From: a candidate division WWE3 bacterium
Lineage (GTDB): Bacteria; Patescibacteriota; WWE3; JAPLWK01
Length of the DNA: 64,000 nt
Assembly (NCBI GenBank): GCA_026396615.1
Contig: JAPLWK010000008.1
Coordinates: 9,096-73,095 of the forward strand
Direction: 5' to 3'
In this document: piece after piece, positions 29,279 to 38,844 of the stretch
How positions within the stretch are numbered: the stretch's first letter is position 1
Layout: each line of letters begins with the position of its first letter
Program-made: the position numbers and the translations under genes
Notes under the pieces: model-generated
The model's database searches: none
Told to the model about the DNA's origin: nothing
What the model saw: the letters and a program-made list of their open reading frames with translations, nothing else

Positions 29279-29701
29279 ATGAGTATCTGGAATGCTGACG
29301 ATGGCAGTGAGGTAAGGCTCGTCGACAAAGATCGCTTGAGAGAGCTTGGGGCGCGTGCAGTTAGTATTATGGCCTGCCGAACAGATTGCAGATTAGATTA
29401 CTTGGAGCTGTTATTTACAATCGCCTACACGGCAAGTGATAACCAAAGCCTAATCTTTAGCGCTGTGTTTGTACCAAATGGCCAAAAAAACAAAGTAACC
29501 AGTGGATTAACTTTCCGCAGACTTGGTTACTGGGAACAAGATTCAGCAGAATTAAAGATAGAGGCCTTAAAGATCGTAAAAGCGATAATGAATCTCTACG
29601 TCCAAAATCAAGCCTACTCAGGATTTCTAAACTCAAGAAATATAGAATTGCTGAAGATGGTTTGGGATAACGCATCAGTTTCTAACATCATCGAAAAATA
29701 G
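29279..29701 (+). CDS. Hypothetical small protein (140 aa), probable paralog of 28768..29160
   Basis: RBS AAGGAG; followed by the duplicated terminator. Confidence 0.4.
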   Translation: MSIWNADDGSEVRLVDKDRLRELGARAVSIMACRTDCRLDYLELLFTIAYTASDNQSLIFSAVFVPNGQKNKVTSGLTFRRLGYWEQDSAELKIEALKIVKAIMNLYVQNQAYSGFLNSRNIELLKMVWDNASVSNIIEK

Positions 29702-29715
29702 TCGTTACCTACCGC

Positions 29716-29760
29716 ACACCCGATCTTGTTTTAAAAGCAATTTCGGGTGTCATCTTTTTT
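29716..29760 (+). terminator. Rho-independent terminator, copy 2 of the same hairpin
   Basis: ACACCCGATCTTGTTTTAAAAGCAATTTCGGGTGTCATCTTTTTT. Confidence 0.6.
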
Positions 29761-29792
29761 GATCACTGACAAAATTTGCCGATCGGCATAAA

Positions 29793-30170
29793 ATGTCGGA
29801 CTTGTCTGCTGGCCATGCCTTGTTGCAGCAGCATTTCTGTGCTACCATTCTGGGTGTTATGAAGGTAGTTCTAGTTGCCTTAACCTCAAGCTTATTTTTA
29901 TTGGCCACATCGGATCAAACTTTTGCCAAGAGTTACAGTGTGAACACTTTTAAGGCACCAAAAATAACAGCTCCCAAGTCATACGTTTATAAAGCACCAA
30001 AGATACAAACTTTTAAACCCACTACCTATCGTAACTATACAGGCGGTGGAACCTTAAAATATCAAAATGGTTACTTCAAGCCATCTACAGGTACGTATGT
30101 TCAGGGATATCTTAAAACTAAACCCGACAACTACACCTGGAACAACCGCAAGTCTCTTTACGGCTATTAA
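29793..30170 (+). CDS. Secreted repetitive small protein (YKAPKI repeats)
   Basis: Signal peptide; repeats FKAPKITAPKSYVYKAPKIQTFKP. Confidence 0.4.
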   Translation: MSDLSAGHALLQQHFCATILGVMKVVLVALTSSLFLLATSDQTFAKSYSVNTFKAPKITAPKSYVYKAPKIQTFKPTTYRNYTGGGTLKYQNGYFKPSTGTYVQGYLKTKPDNYTWNNRKSLYGY

Positions 30171-30350
30171 AAAATTAGTAGTGCGTAATTCTCCTTTTTC
30201 CACCTAGGCTATTTCTTTTTCAACCACGGACAAATAGCAGCGGGTGCAGTAAATTGTCAATCGCTACCTCTTCGGTCACTATGCTTGTACTGACGATGTT
30301 TCTGTGCTACCGTAAGCGAAATCAATCGAATCTAATTAAGGAGAGGAAAA

Positions 30351-30701
30351 ATGCATAAACATAAAACTGTGGCCGCTAAAATTCCGGGAGACTCGGGATC
30401 GTATGGCATCATCAGAGATACAGCTGTCTTGGAGATAGCCGCTAATTCCCCAGAACCATTCGCGTACTTTGAAGTCGTTAGGCAGTTTGATAATCCCACT
30501 GACCCACCGACCGGGAATCTACCCAATGAAAACATACTGGCGATTGCTTTTATCTATGAGGATTCAACCCACCTTCACGACTTTGAAACACCAGAGGAGC
30601 TAGCCCGTATTAAAGAGCTTTATTCAACAGATTGGTACTTTTGTTATGTGGAACTGAGGCCGCTGCCCGACGTGCATGCCGCCCGTCAGTTATTTCGTTA
30701 A
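30351..30701 (+). CDS. Hypothetical protein (116 aa)
   Basis: RBS GGAGAGG before the ATG. Confidence 0.4.
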   Translation: MHKHKTVAAKIPGDSGSYGIIRDTAVLEIAANSPEPFAYFEVVRQFDNPTDPPTGNLPNENILAIAFIYEDSTHLHDFETPEELARIKELYSTDWYFCYVELRPLPDVHAARQLFR

Positions 30702-30712
30702 GGAGACTAAAA

Positions 30713-31126
30713 ATGGCTACGAAAACGATTGAAGTTTTGGCGGGTATTATTGCCTGTGTGCCCACTGTTCCCAACGCCATACCCAGAGTGGTTGGCACTC
30801 GCGATGAGCTGGCTCAGGTAGTGTCTGATTTTGGACATAGAGTGAATTTATTTCAGCTGCAGCACCTATCTAAATTAGAAGTGAAAATGGCCGCTGAAAG
30901 CCAGAAAAGTGATGAAGCCGCAGAGGTTAGTGCCGGAAAGTGGGCAGTTAAGATCAGCGATCGCGGAATCACTAGTTTAAGAGTGTTTAGCGACTTCTTT
31001 GAACGCTACAACGTTATGGACAATACCGCCAAGAAATCAACGCAAGCCAAGTTTGAGGATGTGCGGCTAATTGCTGTCAGCCACGAACAAGCTTCATGGC
31101 ATTTGGCAGAACCCAGGCGCTGGTAA
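30713..31126 (+). CDS. Hypothetical protein (137 aa)
   Basis: RBS AAGGAG before the ATG at 30713. The ORF track's 30632 start overlaps the upstream gene. Confidence 0.4.
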   Translation: MATKTIEVLAGIIACVPTVPNAIPRVVGTRDELAQVVSDFGHRVNLFQLQHLSKLEVKMAAESQKSDEAAEVSAGKWAVKISDRGITSLRVFSDFFERYNVMDNTAKKSTQAKFEDVRLIAVSHEQASWHLAEPRRW

Positions 31127-31186
31127 ATAACAAGTCGAACCACAAGTTAGCGCCCTTAGATTTATCTAAATTTAAGGGCGCGTTTG

Positions 31187-32320
31187 TTATTTAAAAGTAA
31201 TAACTCCCCCGCCAATTAATTCTTCGCGAAAATAAAAAACAGCACTTTGCCCCGCCGCTACGCCAAAAAAAGGCGTTTCTAAAGTAACTTCAATAATCCC
31301 CCCAATTTTCCGAATCTCCCCAACCTTAACAAACTCCCCTAAATGACGGATCCTCACTTTTAGATCTTTAATTTCTAAAGGATCTTTTAAGAAATTAAAA
31401 TCCTGGACCGATAAAATAGATATAGAAGCATCTTCTCGACTACCAACTACAAGTCTATTAGCGGCCACATTCTTGCTAATAACATACTGTTGTTGGCTAT
31501 TCGCTGTCTTGTTATTTGTTATAAAGCCATGGCGCTGCCCGATTGTGTACAAAGGTAACCCAATGTGACTGCCTATTACTGCTCCAGTAGTATTTACTAC
31601 CTCTCCTGGTTGTAACTTAGCGCCCGATAAATGCTTCTGTAGAAAGCTTTTAGTATCGTCATCGGGAATAAAGCACACGTCGTAACTTTCCGCAGCGTCT
31701 TTCATTGGCAATGACGATGCAGATGCCACCTTACGTACCTCTGGTTTGTTCATTTCTCCTAAAGGGAATATTAGTGACGATATCTGATCCTGTTTTAAAG
31801 TCCATAAAAAGTAGCTTTGATCTTTCTTCTTATCGGTTGCCATAAACAAACGGGGAATTGATTCCCCACGATCCGATTGTAGGGTTGACCCTATGTGGTC
31901 AACCTCAATCCGATCGACCCCCACATTCTGTATTTTGGCATAGTGCCCTGTAGCCAAATAATCAAACCCCTGCTCTTTTGACCACTCTAAAAGCCGCCCA
32001 ATTTTAAGGTACTCGTTACACCTAATACAAGGATTAGGCGTTAAACCAGCCTCGTAATCCGCAATAAAACGGTTAAACACTAATTCCTTAAAATCAGCCG
32101 AGTAATCCAGCACGGTTAGGGGGATATCTAGATGCCGGCAAAGCGCTACCACCTTCTTAAATGAGGATAAATCACAGCATTTATTGTAGTTTTGGTCCGA
32201 TAGTTTAAGGTGAACGCCATGCACCTCGTACCCTTGATCCTTTAATAGTAAGGCAGCCACCCCACTGTCAACACCACCGGACAGAGCAACGACAACTTTT
32301 TGACGCTTTTCTAAACTCAT
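31187..32320 (-). CDS. mnmA: tRNA-specific 2-thiouridylase MnmA
   Basis: PP-loop SGGVDSGVAALLL; MnmA catalytic-Cys region. Start taken at MSLEKRQKVVVALSGG. Confidence 0.8.
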   Translation of the reverse strand: MSLEKRQKVVVALSGGVDSGVAALLLKDQGYEVHGVHLKLSDQNYNKCCDLSSFKKVVALCRHLDIPLTVLDYSADFKELVFNRFIADYEAGLTPNPCIRCNEYLKIGRLLEWSKEQGFDYLATGHYAKIQNVGVDRIEVDHIGSTLQSDRGESIPRLFMATDKKKDQSYFLWTLKQDQISSLIFPLGEMNKPEVRKVASASSLPMKDAAESYDVCFIPDDDTKSFLQKHLSGAKLQPGEVVNTTGAVIGSHIGLPLYTIGQRHGFITNNKTANSQQQYVISKNVAANRLVVGSREDASISILSVQDFNFLKDPLEIKDLKVRIRHLGEFVKVGEIRKIGGIIEVTLETPFFGVAAGQSAVFYFREELIGGGVITFK

Positions 32321-32488
32321 AAGTGGACATTTTAAAGCAATAAACCAAACAAGACCATACGTAGGGGCTTGATTTATCAAGCCCTCAATCCAATCGATCG
32401 AGGGCGGCATAAATGCCGCCCCTACGTTATTATTCGAGCACATTCGGAAACCATTAACAATTCCCGCAGAATACCGTATACTATTTAT

Positions 32489-33049
32489 ATGGATCTACTG
32501 GCCATTGGCAGCTTAATTTATCTATTTGCCGGTGACATTTTGCCTGCCGCACCCAAAGAAGTCTTAATAACGCCCTTCAAAGACGCCGCAGGCCGCTACG
32601 TTGAGCGCGCGGACTTAACGGCCTTGTGTTTAACCGCGGAACTGTTTGACCTGCGGCGTCAAGGTTTAATACTTATTGAAGGCAACGGCACCGTTACCTA
32701 CCTTAAAAAATCCGGTAGCAATCAAATGCCCAGTCCCATCTCCGATCTGGCGATTAGAATAATCGACGCTCTAAAATCTGAGGCCGTAAAACTTAGCGAT
32801 TTCGTAAAGAAGTTTGAGAATACTAAAGACACAATTTCTATAATTTACGAAGATCTAAAGCGTTTGGAATTAGTTAAGAAAGTAGAGGCTAAAAAGTTTT
32901 TGTTTATAAAATCGCCGGACTTTGAATTTAATCGCCAAAAAATTGAACCTTTAGAAAACCTGGTCCCGCAAGTTCAAGCTAAAATCGAGAATTATAAATT
33001 AGATCCCGGCTTTAATGAGATTTTAGCCCAAATCAAGGGCGTTATCTAG
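32489..33049 (+). CDS. Hypothetical protein with an N-terminal hydrophobic segment, immediately upstream of Fic
   Basis: Start at MDLLAIGSLIYLF. The upstream part of the track ORF contains the palindrome GGGCGGCATAAATGCCGCCC and is probably non-coding. Confidence 0.4.
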   Translation: MDLLAIGSLIYLFAGDILPAAPKEVLITPFKDAAGRYVERADLTALCLTAELFDLRRQGLILIEGNGTVTYLKKSGSNQMPSPISDLAIRIIDALKSEAVKLSDFVKKFENTKDTISIIYEDLKRLELVKKVEAKKFLFIKSPDFEFNRQKIEPLENLVPQVQAKIENYKLDPGFNEILAQIKGVI

Positions 33050-33050
33050 T

Positions 33051-34127
33051 ATGTACGAGCCTAAATATATTATCTCACCAAAGCTTTTAAACGTCATTGG
33101 CAAAATCGAAGCGGCTAAAGAAGTTATTGAAAACGCTCCGTTAGTGCCCCAGTGGGAACGCCAGTTCATGAATGATGCTGAGGCTCGGACCGTCCATTTT
33201 TCGACGCATATTGAGGGCAATGCCTTAGAGTTTAGTGAAGTTAAGAAAGTGTTAACCGGCCGCGGTGAAGAAGTGGTGGCCAGAGAGCGTGACCTCCAGG
33301 AGATTCTTAACTACCGCGAAGTAGTTAAATACATCGAAAAAATGTCAACACCTACCCAACCTATCGTACCTATAATACCTATGGTACCTACCAACCCAAC
33401 TATAACTGAAAGCACTATCCGCGAGCTACACCGTTTAATTACGAACCGCATTCTTTCTCCAGAGAAACAAGGAAAATATCGCACCCAGATTGCCAGTATT
33501 CGCAATTCAATTACCGGCGAAGTCAGCTTTGTGGCCCCGGAAGCACCACAGATAAATATTTTAATGACCGACCTTACCACTTGGCTGACGACCGAAGCCA
33601 AGGACGTCCATCCCGTACTAAAAGCCGGCATGGTGCACTACGAACTGGTGCGGATTCATCCGTTTGAAGATGGGAATGGCCGCACAGCTCGGGCTCTGGC
33701 GACCTTGTCACTTTATCTGGATGGCTATAATATCCGCCGGTTTTTTAGTTTAGATGAGCATTACGACCAAGACGCCGCCGCTTATTATTCAGCTTTACAA
33801 GCGGCCAACAAAGGGGAACTCACAACCTGGCTGGAATATTTTAGTGAAGGACTGGCGATAGAACTTAACCGCGTTAAAGAGCGCGTCTTAAAACTTAGTC
33901 ATGATAGTAAGCTGCGGAAGACGGTTGGCCAAATTGCTTTGTCGGAGCGCCAAGAACGGGTCATTGAGCAATTGCAAGACGTCGGCTACGTCCAAAATAA
34001 AGATTTTAAGAATATCTTCCCCGGCATCAGTGAGGACACGGTCTTAAGAGAGTTAAAAGACCTCGTTATTAAAGGCCTGATCTTTAAAAAAGGTAGTACC
34101 AAAGGGGCAAGATATGTACTTCGGTAG
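33051..34127 (+). CDS. Fic/Doc family protein (Fido domain plus C-terminal winged-helix)
   Basis: Fic motif HPFEDGNGRTARA. Confidence 0.85.
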   Translation: MYEPKYIISPKLLNVIGKIEAAKEVIENAPLVPQWERQFMNDAEARTVHFSTHIEGNALEFSEVKKVLTGRGEEVVARERDLQEILNYREVVKYIEKMSTPTQPIVPIIPMVPTNPTITESTIRELHRLITNRILSPEKQGKYRTQIASIRNSITGEVSFVAPEAPQINILMTDLTTWLTTEAKDVHPVLKAGMVHYELVRIHPFEDGNGRTARALATLSLYLDGYNIRRFFSLDEHYDQDAAAYYSALQAANKGELTTWLEYFSEGLAIELNRVKERVLKLSHDSKLRKTVGQIALSERQERVIEQLQDVGYVQNKDFKNIFPGISEDTVLRELKDLVIKGLIFKKGSTKGARYVLR

Positions 34128-34219
34128 TTGACTCATTAGTCATTAGACATTTGGCATTTCGCCATTAAATCATTGAACATTAATGAAAAATGGTTAAATG
34201 ACTTAATGACTAATGTTAA

Positions 34220-36034
34220 ATGGCAAATGAATCCAATATGACTTTCTCTAAACTCACAGAATATTTTCAAAAACTGGAATCTACCCCAAAGCGCTTGGAG
34301 ATTACTTCGATCCTTGCGGAGCTCATCAACGAAGCAGATGCGACTGAAGTCGACAAGATTCTCTATTTGACCGAGGGACGGCTCGGACCTCTTTTTGACA
34401 ATGAGGACTTTAACCTCGGCGATAAAATGATCCAACGAGTCCTAAGTACTGCCTACAACAAAGCAACTGAAGAAATAACCAAGCAACTAAACACTGCCGG
34501 TGACCTTGGTGACGTCGCTGAAAAACTATCAAACTTATCGCCCTTACCTCCCGCATCTCCCTTAACCGTAATCGAGGTATTCGATCAACTAACTACTATT
34601 GCTTACGCAAGTGGCACTAACTCTCAGGATCGTAAAGTACAATCACTTGCTTCTCTACTAAGAATCAGTGCCCCGGTGGCAGCTAAATATTTAGTTAGGA
34701 TTCCCTTAGGAAAGTTGCGTTTAGGGTTTTCCGATCTTACTGTTCTTGATGCTCTCTCTTACACCATTACCGGGGACAAAGCCTTAAGAAACCAAATTGA
34801 AGCCACCTACAACATTTATCCGGATATCGGGCAAATAGCCAAAGTGCTAAAAGAATCCGGTACCGATGGCCTTAAAAAAATTAAACTCACCGCGGGAGTC
34901 CCTATTCTACCGGAGCGCTGCTCATTAGTTGAAAGTAGTGTGGAAATGCTAGAACGATCGGAGGTCTGGGCAGTGCAACCCAAGTATGACGGTTTAAGAA
35001 CGCAGATTCACTACGGCGTAAAATCGGCCAACCACGATTCCCTCATTACCTCAATTCCCCTTATCCCCCTTAACACCCAAACCTCCCATATAAAAACCAA
35101 AATCTACTCCCGAGGCCTGGAAGACATTACAGCAACGATGCCGGAAATAGTAGCAGCCGCGGAACAACTAGCTAACGAGTGTCACTTGAGTAGTTTTATT
35201 TTAGACGGTGAGGCCGTTACCGTAGATCCCACTACCGGTAAAATAATGCCATTTAACGATACCGTTACCCGCAAACGGAAGTATGATATTGCCGAAAAAT
35301 CGGCCAGCAATCCTTTGAACATTTTCGTTTTCGATTTACTCTTATTAAATGGAGAGGACTTAACCAACGAACCCTACACCGATCGATACGATCGTTTATC
35401 CAACCTATTACACCTACCCAACATATCAAACTTAACCAACCTGCACTTAACCCCCCAAACTGTTTTAAAAGACGCGGCGGCTATTTCGGCCCTATTCCAA
35501 AAAGACATTAAAGAAGGCTACGAGGGGATTGTGGCCAAAAAACCAAACAGTACCTACCACGCTGGTGCCCGTGATTATTCTTGGGTTAAACTAAAGCGGG
35601 AGGGCGACACCTCAGGCCTAGCCGACACTATCGATTGCGTAGTCATGGGTTACTACGCTGGTGAAGGGAAACGCAACGATTTTGGTATTGGCGCTTTTTT
35701 AGTTGGGGTTTACGATCCTAGCGATGACACCTTTAAGACACTGGCTAAAATCGGCACCGGACTTACTGACGATCGCTGGCGTGAGCTTAAAGCCAAGTGT
35801 GATCAAATAAAAACCACCAAAATGCCCACTCGTTACGTTACCCCCGCTTCCCTATCACCACACGTCTGGGTGACCCCCAGGCTCGTCGTCTCGATCCGAG
35901 CCGATCAAGTTACTAAATCCCCCAGTCACAGCAGCGGCTACTCCTTAAGATTTCCCAGACTTCTCGACTACCGCGAAAAGCTTCCGGAAGACGCCAACTC
36001 TGTAAGCGACATAGAAAAATTGTTTAAAAAATAA
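34220..36034 (+). CDS. ATP-dependent DNA ligase
   Basis: Adenylation motif I KYDGLR (AVQPKYDGLRTQ) and motif V-like EGIVAKK; 604 aa. Confidence 0.8.
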   Translation: MANESNMTFSKLTEYFQKLESTPKRLEITSILAELINEADATEVDKILYLTEGRLGPLFDNEDFNLGDKMIQRVLSTAYNKATEEITKQLNTAGDLGDVAEKLSNLSPLPPASPLTVIEVFDQLTTIAYASGTNSQDRKVQSLASLLRISAPVAAKYLVRIPLGKLRLGFSDLTVLDALSYTITGDKALRNQIEATYNIYPDIGQIAKVLKESGTDGLKKIKLTAGVPILPERCSLVESSVEMLERSEVWAVQPKYDGLRTQIHYGVKSANHDSLITSIPLIPLNTQTSHIKTKIYSRGLEDITATMPEIVAAAEQLANECHLSSFILDGEAVTVDPTTGKIMPFNDTVTRKRKYDIAEKSASNPLNIFVFDLLLLNGEDLTNEPYTDRYDRLSNLLHLPNISNLTNLHLTPQTVLKDAAAISALFQKDIKEGYEGIVAKKPNSTYHAGARDYSWVKLKREGDTSGLADTIDCVVMGYYAGEGKRNDFGIGAFLVGVYDPSDDTFKTLAKIGTGLTDDRWRELKAKCDQIKTTKMPTRYVTPASLSPHVWVTPRLVVSIRADQVTKSPSHSSGYSLRFPRLLDYREKLPEDANSVSDIEKLFKK

Positions 36035-36174
36035 ATCAAAATCTTATTCGTCCTATTCTACCTATCAGACATATCATACCTATATAACCCAACCAAACCC
36101 CCAGCACTAGAAAAAACCCAAAGAACTGCTACACTATTTAGATAAGATTATGTTTGTAAAGGTGGTGATTATTA

Positions 36175-36483
36175 ATGTCTGAAGTAACTGCAACCCCCGT
36201 AGCTAAAAGTGACAGTAACCTAATGGCCGCTATCTCCTACTTATGGATTCTTTCCATAGTAATGTATTTCGTTAAGAAAGATGATGAATTCGTGAGATTC
36301 CATGCTAAACAAGGTATGGTACTTTTTATAGCTGAGTTAGTTTGCACTATCATCCCGGTTATCAACTTTTTCGCCTGGATTGTTTTCTTAATAATCGCCA
36401 TTGTTGCCGCGTCTAAGGCTTACAAGGGTGAACGCTGGGTAATGCCAGTCGTTGGAGGAATCGCCGAAAAGATTAATTTCTAA
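36175..36483 (+). CDS. DUF4870-like small membrane protein
   Basis: AISYLWILSIV...FHAKQGMVLFI; tandem paralog downstream. Confidence 0.5.
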   Translation: MSEVTATPVAKSDSNLMAAISYLWILSIVMYFVKKDDEFVRFHAKQGMVLFIAELVCTIIPVINFFAWIVFLIIAIVAASKAYKGERWVMPVVGGIAEKINF

Positions 36484-36491
36484 GAGGTTTT

Positions 36492-36839
36492 ATGGGTGAT
36501 GAGCATCCGTTTAGCAATGAAGCCCTAAAAAAGGCCGAAAAAGCCCGCAACTTAAAGGCGGCAGTTTCTTATTTGTGGCTGGGATCGCTTTTCACGATGC
36601 TGACTAACAACGGCGACGCTTTTGTAGCCATGCACGCTCGTCAGGGAGTAACGATTACTCTCTTTACCGCCCTTATTTTTATTCCGGGACTGACGCAATT
36701 CTTCCTCCCCTTTGTGGGAGGAGCTTGCGCCATTATGTACGGCTTAGGTTTCTACATGGCTTATCAGGGACGTGAGTTCAAAATGCCGGGAATTTGGGAC
36801 CTATCGCAGAAGATATTTAGGTCACAGTACATAGGATAA
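36492..36839 (+). CDS. DUF4870-like small membrane protein (paralog)
   Basis: AVSYLWLGSLF...MHARQGVTITLF. Confidence 0.5.
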   Translation: MGDEHPFSNEALKKAEKARNLKAAVSYLWLGSLFTMLTNNGDAFVAMHARQGVTITLFTALIFIPGLTQFFLPFVGGACAIMYGLGFYMAYQGREFKMPGIWDLSQKIFRSQYIG

Positions 36840-36844
36840 AGAAT

Positions 36845-36876
36845 GTCATTCCGGGCTTGACCCGGAATCCAGCAGC
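36845..36876. repeat. Solo hairpin repeat, followed by an AT-rich segment related to the MITE cores (to about 37020)
   Basis: GTCATTCCGGGCTTGACCCGGAATCCAGCAG, then CGCTACCAATTCTTATAGAATTGTTAAATTTTTAAGCATTTCAAATTGAATTCAAATTGTAAATTTCAAATTG, which matches 4340-4420. Confidence 0.8.
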
Positions 36877-37022
36877 TCTAATAATTTGAAATTTAAAATC
36901 AAAGTTTAAATTTGAAAAATCGACGCTCATTTTGTTCGCTACCAATTCTTATAGAATTGTTAAATTTTTAAGCATTTCAAATTGAATTCAAATTGTAAAT
37001 TTCAAATTGAAAATTAAGATTA

Positions 37023-37319
37023 ATGAAATCTATTAAAGAAGTTTTATCTGTTAGAGATCCAAAAAAAGGAAAGTACTCCAAGAACGAGTTTCAAGTGTTC
37101 GGCTACTATCTCGCTACGAACTTAGAAGACACCGCCCACACCTCACTCTATATTAAGCTCTCCAAAGACGTTGATCGCAACTTGTTGGAAAAGGCTTTAG
37201 CGTTTGTAAAAGACAGCAAAGCCCGCTCTAAAGGGAAATTATTCATGTGGAAACTGAAAGAACTGCGTCAACAAAATAAAACAAAGCAGACCAAGCCGGA
37301 AGAATTAAATCCAGTTTAA
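37023..37319 (+). CDS. Hypothetical basic protein (98 aa)
   Basis: ORF only. Confidence 0.35.
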   Translation: MKSIKEVLSVRDPKKGKYSKNEFQVFGYYLATNLEDTAHTSLYIKLSKDVDRNLLEKALAFVKDSKARSKGKLFMWKLKELRQQNKTKQTKPEELNPV

Positions 37320-37423
37320 TAGTTAGCTGACAAATAGGAGCACGTGCTAAGTTTTGTCAATATTAAAACCCGTCTGATTCCCCTTGCACTCTGCTTTGAA
37401 TATATCTAATATTAAAGTAGCAA

Positions 37424-37954
37424 ATGTTGACGTTTCTAAAGCACTACAAAATTAACCTCGCCATTGCTCTCGTCATGGCGGTTGCCATTATAATCATCCG
37501 CGGCGACTACGCGCTCATCACGATTATTTTGACACTGGTGGCCGCCAAATTGACCGTCTTTTTCTTTGACCTGGAGTTCATCTTCTATGCTTACTTCGCA
37601 GAACCAAATACCACCTTTAGCACGTCGCTAAGGACGCTGTTTAGTCAGAAAAACTATGTTGGTGCCATAAGTTTTATCGAGGCCCACGGATCTGATGCCA
37701 AAAATCCGATTCTTCGCAGTGCTCTCTTTCAAATACTTTTGATAGTCATTGCTGCTTATTTAGTCTTTTCCAAAGTAGGTCCTTTCGGTGTCACCTTTGC
37801 GGTGACCTTGCTAGCTCAAAGCATTTATTTGGGCTGGGAGAGGCGACATTTGGACTGGTTTTGGAACGTCAAGATGACCTTGACGAATAATGTTTATTAT
37901 TTTTATTTCGGTGTTATTTCTGTAATTTCGGTTTTCCTGTTGTTGTCGATTTAG
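37424..37954 (+). CDS. Hypothetical membrane protein
   Basis: Four or five transmembrane helices. Confidence 0.4.
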   Translation: MLTFLKHYKINLAIALVMAVAIIIIRGDYALITIILTLVAAKLTVFFFDLEFIFYAYFAEPNTTFSTSLRTLFSQKNYVGAISFIEAHGSDAKNPILRSALFQILLIVIAAYLVFSKVGPFGVTFAVTLLAQSIYLGWERRHLDWFWNVKMTLTNNVYYFYFGVISVISVFLLLSI

Positions 37955-37968
37955 ACAGTGTATTACTT

Positions 37969-38076
37969 GTCATTCCGGGCTTGACCCGGAATCCAGTCAA
38001 CCCGATTGTTATTTGCTTTTTGTTATTTGTTATTTTGATCGATGTTACTGGATTCCGGCTCCGGGGCCGGAATGAC
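37969..38076. mobile_element. MITE-like element (108 bp) with inverted hairpin repeats
   Basis: GTCATTCCGGGCTTGACCCGGAATCCAGTCAAC ... GTTACTGGATTCCGGCTCCGGGGCCGGAATGAC. Confidence 0.75.
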
Positions 38077-38085
38077 GAATTGTTT

Positions 38086-38844
38086 ATGAACAACTTACTC
38101 TACGGTTTCATCGTCGTCATCGGAATTTGGACTGCCACCACCGCGGTTAGTCTCATTAAAAGAAACACTAAGGTCGATATTTGGGGCGCGCTCGTCTGGG
38201 TTTTAATCGGTGGTTTAATAGGGGCGAGACTCTACCATGTCGCTAGTCTTTGGGGTTATTATTCTCAAAATCCCGGGGCGATAATTGCCATTTGGCAAGG
38301 CGGGTTGGGCATATACGGCGGCTTAATTGGAGGCGCCATTGCTCTCGTCACCTACTCTCGTCTGCATCATCTGCCTATACTACAACTACTTGACCTTGTC
38401 GCTTTAGGTTTACCGCTTGGACAGGCAATAGGCAGATGGGGCAACTACTTTCGCCAGGAACTTTACGGCCTGCCAACTCAATTACCTTGGGGCATCTACA
38501 TCGCCCCGGAAAATAGATTATGGCAAGTGATGCCTTTTAGCCACTTTCATCCGTTATTTCTCTACGAATCCCTCGGCTGCCTAGTAATATTTGGCATTCT
38601 AGTGGGTCTTGCCCTGAGCGAGGCCGCCCCAGGCGGACGAGTCGAAAGGGTTGACGGAGCCCTCTTTTTAATTTATATTGCCTTATACGGAATTTTAAGG
38701 TTCACTTTAGAACCTTTGCGGATTGAGAGTTGGACTTTAGGAAGTGTGAACGTCGCGGAGGCCATCTCGGCTTTGTTAACAATTACAGGCATCGTTTTAT
38801 TAGTAATTTTATGGAAGAAAAAACATCCGTCAAAACTTACTTAA
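38086..38844 (+). CDS. lgt: Prolipoprotein diacylglyceryl transferase
   Basis: Lgt signature GRWGNYFRQELYG and LYHV; start at MNNLLYG. The track ORF is extended through the MITE. Confidence 0.8.
   Translation: MNNLLYGFIVVIGIWTATTAVSLIKRNTKVDIWGALVWVLIGGLIGARLYHVASLWGYYSQNPGAIIAIWQGGLGIYGGLIGGAIALVTYSRLHHLPILQLLDLVALGLPLGQAIGRWGNYFRQELYGLPTQLPWGIYIAPENRLWQVMPFSHFHPLFLYESLGCLVIFGILVGLALSEAAPGGRVERVDGALFLIYIALYGILRFTLEPLRIESWTLGSVNVAEAISALLTITGIVLLVILWKKKHPSKLT

Noticed and set aside
32369-32488. N-terminal 40 aa of track ORF 32369..33049
   Set aside because: This part contains the strong palindromes CCCTC...GAGGG and GGGCGGCATAAATGCCGCCC in the divergent promoter region. The downstream Met at 32489 with a hydrophobic N-terminus is a more plausible start.
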